NCBI GenBank assembly: GCA_039545335.1
Contig: BCIN01000007.1
Span: 1,170,530 to 1,234,529, forward strand
Source of the DNA: Kondoa subrosea
Lineage: Eukaryota
DNA: 64,000 bases
Direction: 5' to 3'
Part shown: piece after piece, positions 26,378 to 36,786 of the stretch
Layout of the letters: the number at the start of each line of letters is the position of its first letter
Position numbering within the stretch: the first letter of the stretch is position 1
The notes under the pieces: model-generated
What the model was told of the DNA's origin: nothing
Seen by the model: only the letters and a program-made list of their open reading frames with translations
Database searches by the model: none
Program-made: the position numbers and the translations under genes

Positions 26378-28046
26378 TTAGTGATGCGCTGATTTAGGAT
26401 CCATGGAATAACCAGCTTTAGCACGAGCGCTTCCCCATTTCTTGAGTCGAATAGCTTGAACAGCAATGAAGCCAGTAGTGTCATCTGGTTTGAATCCACC
26501 TAGAGCATCCATGCTTGATTCTTCCGCATCATAAAGGTAGGTCTATCGTTCATTAATCAGTATACAAAGACTCTCTTCCATTGGGAAAAAAAGCAAACAA
26601 CTCACAGTGTTAGAGCTTCTTCCTTCAACAATCACATTGCCTTTCAATAAAGCCAACCTCACTGTTCCAGTAACAGTTTTCTGACTTGCTTCCAAACAAC
26701 TCATGACGAATTCCCTTTCAGGAGAAAACCAAAGTCCATTGTATAAGATCTTGGATAATTCCGCAGTCACAAATCCATCCCTTAGAGCACGAACGTCTCG
26801 ATCCAAAGTCAAACCTTCCAAATCCATATGAGCTTTCCTCAAAATCGTTCCTCCAGGAGTTTCATAACATCCTCTGGATTTAACACCAATGAATCGGTTC
26901 TCTACTATATCTAATCGACCAACACCATGTTTTCGAGCTAGTTTGTTGAGTTCAAGGAAAACTTCAACAGGGTCCGTGATTTCTTTCTTGCTTTCAACAA
27001 GAGTGAGTTTGCTTGGTCGACCTTGAGTGAAATCGATAGCAATGTGTTCAGGTTTTGAAGGTGCGGCTTCAATAGATGCAGTCAATTTCCACATATCTGA
27101 AGGTGGTGTTGTATCTGGATCTTCTAAAATTCCAGCTTCGTAAGAGATGTGGAAAAGGTTCTCATCTGTCGACCAAGGTTTGGCAGCTGTTTGAACTACT
27201 GGAATTCCTTTAGATGCGGCGTATTCGAGTAAAGCGGATCGTCCAGCGAAACGGTTGTAAAATTCTGGGTTGCGCCATGGTGCAATGACTTTGATGTCTG
27301 GCTTGAGACCGTAGAAGGCTAATTCGAATCGGACTTGATCGTTGCCTTTTCCAGTGCAGCCATGCGAGACGAATCTTCGAAAACAGTGAGTTACAGTCCA
27401 ATGTTCTATCAGTTGACCTACCCGCATCCTTCCTGTTCGCAGATGGCCATCATCCCTCGAGCAATGACTGGGCGGGCTAGCGAAGTTCCAAGTAGGTAGA
27501 CGCCCTTATCATAAGCTTATCAGTTTCCCTGAGCGGAAAGCCTTGAACTTGAAGCATACTTCATAGATTGCGTTGGCTTGTACTGCAGGATAGATAAGTT
27601 CTGTAATGAATTCAGATTTAAGATCCTGTCAAATCAGATCAGCGCGCCAATCTTCTGCTTATTGACAAGAAATGACTCACATCTAAGATGAACTTTTTTG
27701 CACCAACTTTGAGCGCTTTAGCTCGAGCTGCTTCAAAGTCTTCTTCTTGACCGACATCGGCCACTAAGAGTGCATGCAGTGAGCTCCCGATGATTTTTAA
27801 CTTGCTTCACTTGGAACTCACTGTATGCGACTACATCGTACCCAACTTCGATGAGGTAGGCAAGGATACAGCTAGTATCTGTGTAGCTATGAGAGATCGT
27901 TGGACAGTACAGCGACTTGACTGACCAAGACTAGATCACCCAACATTGACAGAAAATAAGCCAAAGGGAAGAGCGAGGGAAAGGAATCAGGCTGACCCTC
28001 CAGAATAAGCGAGCAAGCAGCGTCCAGCAGATCCAGCAGCGACCAT
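26378..28046 (-). CDS. ARG1: Argininosuccinate synthase
   Basis: LAYSGGLDTS (through a 5-nt exon), YLLGTSLARP, SHGCTGKGNDQVRFEL, DIVENRFIGVKSRGCYETPGG. Confidence 0.97.
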
Positions 28047-28477
28047 TTTGAGATATAAGGGAGATGGAAGTTTGATGTTGAGTGAGTCTTGGCCGAAAAA
28101 TTTATGCACAGGTTGTTCTCAATAGCCATGTGTTGAGCTCTTGTATGTCAGACATGATATCACCTCCATGCCCTGGGCTTTCCTTGTCCACGCGTCCAGT
28201 GGTCCGATGGCCCCTTCGCATCAAGCATTCGTCAATATGCTTGCAATCATTGTGTCGCTTTTCTAGTGTCTCAGAGTCTCTATCATTATTATATCATGAG
28301 CTGCATGTATAGAGCTATTTTTAAGAGGAATGTATCCCCGCTTCCATCTTGAATGTTTCAAGTGTGCTCCATCTGTTCTGCGGTTGCTATGGCGCAACTT
28401 GGGCACGTACGACGTTCTCTACCTACCGTCTTGCGTCACGTCTCCCTTCAGCATAAACTACCTCAGGCCATCTCCAG

Positions 28478-29866
28478 ATGCTGGTCATCTCTGCTCTCCT
28501 TCTCACCAGCTGTGCAGTCCTGATCGAATGCTCGTCTATTCTCTTACCCCGTAAGCTCTATCTTCTTCTGCTAAGATTCATCTTTATCTTCAACCATTCC
28601 AGACTATATCTATCCATCCGAAACGAGCTGGCAACCTCTTTACGACGCTTTATCAAATGCTACCAATACTCAATTTATAGTCATTATTAATCCACAATCT
28701 GGTCCAGGTTCAGCCAAAGACGATATCTATGCTTCATGCATTACTAAATTAGCTAGCTATCCGAATACATTACCTATCGGTTATGTCAGAACTGGTTATG
28801 GAGATATAGATCCATCAACGGCAGCTCAAGAGATGAAAGACTATGCCGATTGGTATCCCGGTCAGTCCCGTCAGCTGCGCATTGAGATGTCACTCTGATC
28901 TCGTACTGAGCAGAAGTGAAAGGAATCTTCTTCGATGAGACAGACCAAAACAAGACTGAGTATATGAATGGACTAGCTGAAACAGCTCGAAGCACTATCA
29001 AGGGAGCTTATGTCACCTACAACCCTGGAACGGAAGCTGCGCAAGAATACTTCGATCAGGCTGATCTGGTTTGTCTAGCATTCCCATTATGCTATTCATG
29101 GACTGATTCAAATCTCTGAATACAGGTAGTCACTGCTGAGCATGGTGAGCCTGTTTTGAGCATTTCGCAGCGCTTGCCGAACAAACATATATATAGGCAT
29201 TTCTACCTTCGATGCAGCGCAAAGCAACGTTAAAGCAGCTGCTATCATCTACGATGTCTCTCCCATCGAGTAGGGTTGCAGCTCACTGGCCCTGTTGACC
29301 ACACTGATTTTGGTTCAACAGGATGCAGACCCTCATTACCGAAACAAAATCATGGGGTGCAGTCTGTTAGTCTTCCATCGCTAGGGTCTCTGTATTGATT
29401 GATGTACCTTCCAGATTACACTGACAATGGTAATAGCTACTCTTCGTTCGGAGATGATTGGTCAACGGTAATACACCCGCTTGTCCGCGCAAAAGCTTAG
29501 TTGACACAGAATCAGTTCGTCAGTATGGTATCAGCTTCTCAAGATGGCAGCAAGCCCACTTCAAGCAAATCATCGGCGACTGCTTCTCCCTCCTCCTCAC
29601 ATCGACATGAAGCTGCTCAGAGCACTGTTAGCGCTGAAGAGACGTTACCTTCAGCAAAGCCGTCAAGTCAAGGTCAAGAGAACGCGAATGAGAAGACTAA
29701 CCCTGTGGCTACTCGTGAGTTGGGTTTCTAGTGAGCTGAAAAACGCTGATCGGCTTTTGTAGCACAACCAACGATAGACGTGTCGTCTGGCGGTTGGTCA
29801 ATTCGATATCCTTGGCGTTCTGACCGATATCAAGCTCTTCGTCTATTCTCTGACAAGCACTCGTAA
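28478..29866 (+). CDS. Secreted spherulin-4 / GH135 (Sph3-like) glycoside hydrolase with Ser/Thr-rich tail
   Basis: Signal peptide, then LLPLYIYP, FIVIINPQSGPG, IGYVRTGYG, KGIFFDE and YNPGT, which are spherulin-4 signatures. Confidence 0.88.
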
Positions 29867-29903
29867 AGAAATGTAAAATCATCGAATGTATTACACAAGA
29901 TGG

Positions 29904-30674
29904 CTATTCTACAGTATCAGAGATGAATCTAGAGAAAACTTGCAGCGTCATTCCGTCCGTTGTATGACCCAGTCCAGGAATGGGAAGGAAAATCACATCG
30001 AAGTCCATCTTTTCTAATACCGCTACACTCTTTTCTGCTGTCGAGAGCCTCACAAGCTGATCAGAAGCTCCATTGACGACGATTAGGTTATTCGTTCTCT
30101 TGTCTTTTTCTTGTCCCATCGTTTCTATCTTTGCTCGCATTGGCAAATATCCCATGAAAGCTGCAATGCCTCCCAGCTTGATTTCCTTGGTGATGGCGAA
30201 GAGTAAGCTGATAGCTGCTCCTTGCGAGAATCCTCCAAGTATGATCTTGTCCATTGAGATCCCTGCTTTCACTTCTCCTTCTATGATGTCTTGGACAGTT
30301 GTTAACGCAGCTTCGTATGCCTGCAAATCTTCCAATTCTCCTTCGCTAGTCGGTGAGACTGGAGTATACCAAGCTCTGCACATCGTATCCCGGTCATATG
30401 GAGCTGTAAGTAAGATGAACTTCGTGTGCTTCAGAATGTTGGCTTTGCGATATTGCTCTACCATATTCTTGTAGCCTAATCCAACGCTTAATTTAAGCTC
30501 TGCAAGACCACTGTCCAGCTTACTGGCTCCTTCATCACCCAATCCGCTGGTAAGACCGATCAGATCTGGGAATGCGGGGTTGCCTGAAAATGCATACTGT
30601 AAGAAGATCACGCTGCTTTGATGTACTTCTGGAGCATCCAGGACGATTGGATCAATAGGTACTCTTTCAGACAT
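29904..30674 (-). CDS. Acyl-protein thioesterase / phospholipase-carboxylesterase (alpha/beta hydrolase)
   Basis: SVIFLHGLGD (spliced), IILGGFSQGAA nucleophile motif, Asp in SDQLV and His in GLGHT. Confidence 0.9.
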   Translation of the reverse strand: MSERVPIDPIVLDAPEVHQSSVIFLQYAFSGNPAFPDLIGLTSGLGDEGASKLDSGLAELKLSVGLGYKNMVEQYRKANILKHTKFILLTAPYDRDTMCRAWYTPVSPTSEGELEDLQAYEAALTTVQDIIEGEVKAGISMDKIILGGFSQGAAISLLFAITKEIKLGGIAAFMGYLPMRAKIETMGQEKDKRTNNLIVVNGASDQLVRLSTAEKSVAVLEKMDFDVIFLPIPGLGHTTDGMTLQVFSRFISDTVE

Positions 30675-30775
30675 TACTGTTGCACTCCAAAACCCAAAAG
30701 TAGCTCGAGCTCCTTGTTCCAGGACAGCCAGACTTGACGTGCTACAAGTACACCAAAGGTGCTCGATCAGCGACA

Positions 30776-32128
30776 ATGCTGCTATCTCTGCCTAATGAGC
30801 TTCTGCTGCAAGTGTTTCAACACATTCAAGCGACATCAATGGAAAAGTATCGAATACGGTGTTCCGTCGCATGAGCCTGGTTTGCAGTCAGTCTAGTCTA
30901 CGAGTGTGAGATCTGACTGAAGATCAACGTAGAAAGGCTTCGTGTTCTGGCCATTCCTTTTCTCTTGTCTCGACTATACAGTCGTCACCTACTTCACGAT
31001 TCCCTGTTGCAAATGCTGTGCACCTATCCTCACCGCGCTCAAAATGTTGAACAAGTGACCTGGAAGATCAGCATTGTTCCACAACACGTTAGTGAAGACG
31101 AGCATCTGGATTGCGTGCAGTTATCGAGGGGCATATCGATAGCTGCGGCTTCTGCCGACCTGCATAAAGTCCTAGCTTCTCTGCAATTTTTCCGCCAGAT
31201 CCAGTATTTGTTGGTTGAGCTTGGAGCGCAAGAGTCGCATTTGATAGCAACAGATGAACGGGAACTCTGGAATAATATCGTTCCCACGCCATCATCAGAC
31301 GAAGTCCAAGCCTTACCACTGTTTGGGACCATCACTCATCTGATCTTGCAAAATATCAGTCCACACACTATATCGCTCGAAGAATGGACCGAGTCTCTCA
31401 TCACTGCACCCAACTTACTGTCCATCTACATCGGTAATTTCGACACTCATCTGTATCATTTCGATTGCTTGGACGTTCAGCCGCGTGCTCTTCGAAAATT
31501 GACATGGGACGATCGAGAATCTGCCCAAGAAGAGACTCCGCTAGATCATACAAGCGATTATATGGACCACTTAGTAACCTTGTTGCTACCCACTAGCAAG
31601 ACTCTGCAGGATCTTTCTGTTCGGCATCATTCAGTGCGAGACATGCCTTCATATTGGAGGAATCTGCAGAAGTTACAAGACTCACGCGTACAAACTCTGT
31701 TCCTGTCTGTCCCTTACATGTACGACCTCGAAGCCGGAAGAACAACATGGGGAAGAATAGCTGACGCATTTCGCAATTGCGTACAGCTCTTCCTGAACAT
31801 AGATAATTCGGATGAAGACACTGTGGAATTCTTTGGAACTTACCTCGGCGGCCGCAATTTCAGCTCCGTCACATCCTTATATTTGACTTTGGGCTGCATT
31901 GATCCGCTCACGTTCAAGTGCGTTGATCATTTCAATCCCATATTATGTCGCCGTTCTTTGCCTGCTTTATGCGAATTCCAAATTCATCATTGGTTGAACA
32001 CTGGCTCAGATCAACAAGAAGCAGCTCTGCTGAGAGCATGGATTCCCACCTGCAAATATTCGCTCGACGTGGAAATTTACTCGTACTGGAACGATGATGA
32101 AGAGTACACAGCGACATCCGGTGTCTAG
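30776..32128 (+). pseudogene. F-box/LRR-like protein with an apparent 1-nt frameshift inside the F-box (pseudogene or sequence error)
   Basis: MLLSLPNELLLQVFQHI is in one frame. SDINGKVSNTVFRRMSLVC|KRLRVLAIPFL is in another frame and splices into the 387-aa ORF. Confidence 0.6.
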
Positions 32129-32797
32129 TCGTAGGCTCGAAGGGATTGATGTCGTACCGCAAGAGTCCTAGGGAGTGTATAGATGGCGAAGTTGAGGCTA
32201 TTATCAGAGCTGGGCTGGTCCAAGAGATTATTATAGATGGAGATGTGAAGCCATACATTGAACCGAAGTTTTTGGCTTGAATATAGTCTTCTTCAAGAAT
32301 CACTCCGCTTTCGTTAAGTGAGCAATGTTGTCATTTACTTGTGAAGCCTGCTGAAGTTGAGCGCAGAGATATTAGCAATTCTGGTCATTTTTAAGTCATG
32401 CGTTGTCACACCGTGGATATACAGTCGGCTTACTCATCATCTCGCTTCACTTGTCTGGGTTGCGATACTCACGCGAATGCTACACCACTGTTTCCAAAAC
32501 GCAGTCTCTTTCTAAGGTCTAAGCTGTGTTTCGCTCGGAATTTCTTCCCTATTTTCTCGTTCAGTTGTCTTCAACGTGCCAATTCTGCGTCGCCTTACTA
32601 TCATAGCCGGGTAGAGCTGAGTGTTGAAGCCAAATCGACATTCGCCGGAATTGGATATTTTGACCGACAAACCGTGGACGGCCCGCCATTGCCGCCAATC
32701 GGCATGGGCGGAAACCGACTGTTTTGGATTTGGCAAGCAAGCTGTTCGGCTTTCCTTTAGCACTACTACTGTATCGTGCATTCTCAAGGCGCTCATC

Positions 32798-34032
32798 ATG
32801 ACCAGCGCTTCATTGGTCCGACGAATAATTTTCGTTGTTTGCACGGTGTTCGCTTTTTTCCTCTTCGCTTACACATCGCATCCGCTTCTGGGAGAAGTCT
32901 CTGGACAAAAGACTGGCTTCTTATCACCAGTATCAAAGAATACAACGCAAACACTCGTCCTTGCGCCAAACTCTACCTCAGAGCAAACTACTTTCTTTAC
33001 TTGGTCTGCTCTCACTGTCCAGCTACAGCAGGAATGTAAACCTCTTCCATGGTGGTCAAATTTTCTCCGCATCAACAGCGTTTCTGTCCCATCTGTTGTT
33101 CCAGCATATCTTCTTGCAGCACATAATGAAGAAACCATCAATGGCCTGGCTGAACTCTTAGGACAGCTGTATCACCGCGACGACGTATTTGTAATTCATA
33201 TCGATGCAAAAATCTCGGACGCTGTACATGAAAAGTTGATCGCGTCTATCCCTTCTGAGTGTAGCAATATCCGATTTGTACAAAACCGAGTAAACTCTGG
33301 TTGGGCTACTTTTCAGCTTGTGGAGATGACACGTCAGATGTTGCGAGAAGCAATAGAGATGGAAACACATTGGGACACAGCCATGGTGCTCGATGGTTCA
33401 GCTTGGCCTTTATCAAATCGCAACAAGCGAATGAAATGGCTCTCATCTTTGCCAACTGGCTCAAATGGCGTAAGAAGTCAACCATACGGTCCCGTAAAAT
33501 CCATTTGTCAACAACCTTGTGATCCGGCACAATGCAGTCGCACTCCTGCTAGATGTTTGGATGACGAAACTCAATGCACTCGAATGTCCCATACTCCCAA
33601 TGGTATTATATATCTGCTTTCTTGTATTTCACAAGCTAATACATAATATTAGAGAACATCGTGTTAAAAGGTCAACAGTGGATTCGAGTTTCCCGAGCTT
33701 TCACAGAGTACCTCTTTTCCGATCCAGTGGTAGAAGAATGGAACGACTTCTTCAAAAACACCTGGTTTAGCGACGAGCTGTACTTTGCCTCTATTCTCTA
33801 CTCTTCTCCTTTCAACTCGACAGCCGATACCAACGCTCACATTTGGGCAGATTGGAACAGTTATTCTTGCAAGAGTCACTTCAATCATAGACCGGGTGGA
33901 AGTCCTTGCTATCTGGGGGAAAAGGATATTGAGAATCTGCTCGCACGACCGGAACCTTTTGCGAGGAAATTCTATGCGGGAGATGTTGCAAAGTCAAAGA
34001 TCTTGGCTTTGTCAAATAGTATGGCTCGTTAA
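32798..34032 (+). CDS. Glycosyltransferase family 14 (Core-2/I-branching, xylosyltransferase-like), type II membrane protein, one intron
   Basis: TM anchor; AYLLAAH, LYHRDDVFVIHIDAK, RVNSGWATFQLV, WDTAMVLDGSAWPL, KGQQW, DELYFASIL, FARKF. Confidence 0.85.
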
Positions 34033-34328
34033 AGAGTCTTGGGAGTTTGTTGAGGGCTTCGGTGGTTTCAAGGGTTTTTTTTGGGTTATTGGCAATCGGG
34101 TATTCAAGTGAGGTGTTGTTGTTGACCATATGTCACAACCGCCATCGGGTGAGTAGTATTGTAATTTGATTGCGAAGCGTGCTGACATTGCGTCGCAGCA
34201 TATTAGCAATCAAACTTCAACCCAGCATATACGGTGTTTCTAGTGGTGTTCAAGAGACGTTTACAGTCAAACAATTTGTCAATGCACGCATAGACAGTAT
34301 TGGAACTCATATGATATCCTTTGTGAAA

Positions 34329-35851
34329 TTATGCATGGCCAGAGACTGGTTTGGGAACATAAGGCTTAAGACATTTTCAATAAGCATCTCGAGTCTTATC
34401 AGAAAGAATAAACTCACCTCTTCTAGAAATTTATTCTCCTCATCCGTCAATTTAGTGCCCTTGTTAATAACATCGACAAATTCTTGTAAGCGTTCGACTT
34501 TGGAGATCCCAATCAATGGAGCAGTAACTTTGGCTGAAGCCCAAAGGAAAGCGACTTGAGCCATACTGAGCTGCTTGTCCTTAGCTACTTTTTCTACTCT
34601 TCGAATGATTTCTTTGTCCGCTTCAGATAGTTCTACTTGTCATATTAGCTTTTGGTTATGAAGTGGAAGCCGAGTTGAGGGACTTACCTTGATGGAATGG
34701 ACCTTTGGACTGAACGTCTGCACGAGTAGTCTCCATTTGCTTCTCGAGAGTGCGAGCGAGTTTTCCAGAATGAAGAGGGAACCTGTGCATTAAAGTCAGT
34801 TCCGCAATCCTCATATATCTGTATACAGCAGCTGACCAGGGAATGAGAGCGACGCCAGTTTCTTTGCAGTAAGGGTGCATTTCTCGTTCCTCTACATCTT
34901 TTGCATCAGCTGCCGATCTAGTCACAGATCTAAGTAAATCTTACCTTCTCTGTACATTAACGAGTATTGATCTTGCATTGAGACAAACTTGGCCCAACCG
35001 TTCTTCTCGGCAATGTGCTGATAAGTAGCGAATTCCCAAGCTCGCATAGAAGAAGCACCAATATAACGGACCTGAAAAACACTCTTTAGCGATTCGGTGA
35101 TATGAGCGGAAGGATGACTAACTTTGCCTGAAACAACAAGATCATTGAGTGCTTTCATTGTCTCTTCTTTAGGCACAGAACGATCGCATCTGTGAATTTG
35201 CAAGAGATCGATATAATCGGTATCGAGTCGTTTCAAACTAGCATTGACAGCGTTGAAGATTGAAGCACGACTTAAGCCATTGTTGTTCTGGAAGTATTTG
35301 TCTTGGGACAAGTCTTTTCCCATCTTTGTTTTCATTTCCAGGAATGAGTATCGTTTGATAAATACAAAGAAGCGATTTTTGAAGCTCACGTTCATGAATC
35401 CTGGTTCGGGCCCAACAGGATTGAAGCATTTGGTAAGAATGACTACACGTTCTCTTGGGATGTTGAATTGCTTGAGTGCTTTTCCACAAATGATCTCGGA
35501 CTCCCCATTGGAATACATGCTAGAGAAATCCGGGAATTAAATCCAGGTCAGAAGAAGCGTCCGAAGTCACTGACTCAGCAGTATCCCAGCTGGTTTAGAT
35601 TACGTAAGCCAGTGTCAAGAAAGGAAACAGTATTTGCCATACGTTGTAATGCCAGCCTCGTAAGCTGCTTTGAGAATAGGTAGAGATTCCTTTTCACCAA
35701 GCACCCAACCTTGCCAGTCTGGAGATCCAAAGCTCTGCCAGTTTCTCAGGTCAGCCGCAATCTGTAGCTTGTCAATGCCACTCACCATGCAGCCAAGGAT
35801 CATTTTAGATACGCGGAGACCGCTGTCGCCTAGTTTAGTATACATAGACAT
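34329..35851 (-). CDS. Aldo-keto reductase (aryl-alcohol dehydrogenase-like)
   Basis: LGDSGLRVSKMILGCMSFG, YSNGESE, SLKRLDTDYIDLLQIHR, RYIGASSM, FVSMQDQYSLMYREEERE. Confidence 0.93.
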
Positions 35852-35962
35852 ATCTGTGGATGGTTGTACAAAGAAGAAGAATGGAGCTCCAAAATCAGCA
35901 TCGCTTCCACACTTTAACCCAATACAGCCGACTTGCTTACATACAGTCCCTGTGCACGCGCA

Positions 35963-36643
35963 ATGGGCTATTACACTCTGTCAGCGACAGGCATAGTCCT
36001 GATCACTGTTTGCCTTGGTTGATTCGCTTGAAACTTTCACTTGGAAACGGACTTCTCATTGCTGTGCTATACTGTGGACAGTACTGTTTCGATTTAGGGA
36101 ACCTCTCTTACCTTATCTACCTCGAATTATACAAGCTAGACTGCAGCATTATGCTCCTTTAGCAACTTGGTCAGAAGTAGATTAACTCTTGGCTTGCCTT
36201 TCCATGTCGTTACAACTCACCTTACTTGTCTATCTAGGCTCTGGAGAATGGGTTTTCGACTGGAAACTTTGATCTAAGGCAGAATGACGGAGAGTGAGTT
36301 GTTATATCATCCTCAAATCCCTCTACGTACGGACTAATATGGTATTCTTAGTTCAAGGGAAGGTTTAGACGCTGCTAGTCTGACGGAAGTCAGGAGGATC
36401 ATGACACGTTATGGAATAAGCTTTGATGAAGCGAGATTGAGGCGGCAGCAAGAGTAAGTTTCAACTTATCGTCTTGCATTTGCTTCCTGAAGCATGATTT
36501 TCCGGTCTTCAGCATATTCAGAAAGAACGGTATCGATCCGAATACTGGTTTGCCGCTGGACAGCAAAGCTGTACGCTCTTCCCATCTCCTCAAGGGAGGC
36601 GTCTCTGATCTTTGACCATATACAGATCACTTCTTTGGGTTGA
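35963..36643 (+). CDS. DUF2015 / UPF0357 (YCL012C-like) small fungal protein, 6 exons, not in ORF track
   Basis: Spliced product: MGYYTLSATGIVLITVCLVLFRFREPLL...ALENGFSTGNFDLRQNDGDSREGLDAASLTEVRRIMTRYGISFDEARLRRQQDIFRKNGIDPNTGLPLDSKAITSLG*. Confidence 0.88.
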
Positions 36644-36786
36644 TATGCCTGCATCACTTTTGTATTGCTAATACCATATAAGAATGGACTACTATTGTAA
36701 AAACTTTATGCACGGTATAATACACACACAGACCAACATGATTTCGTTGAAAATGCTTTAAATCAACCCCCTTTGCAAAAGTCCGT

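Noticed and set aside
32433..32439. ATGATGA box C-like motif on the minus strand
   Set aside because: No box D (CTGA) or terminal stem at a suitable distance.
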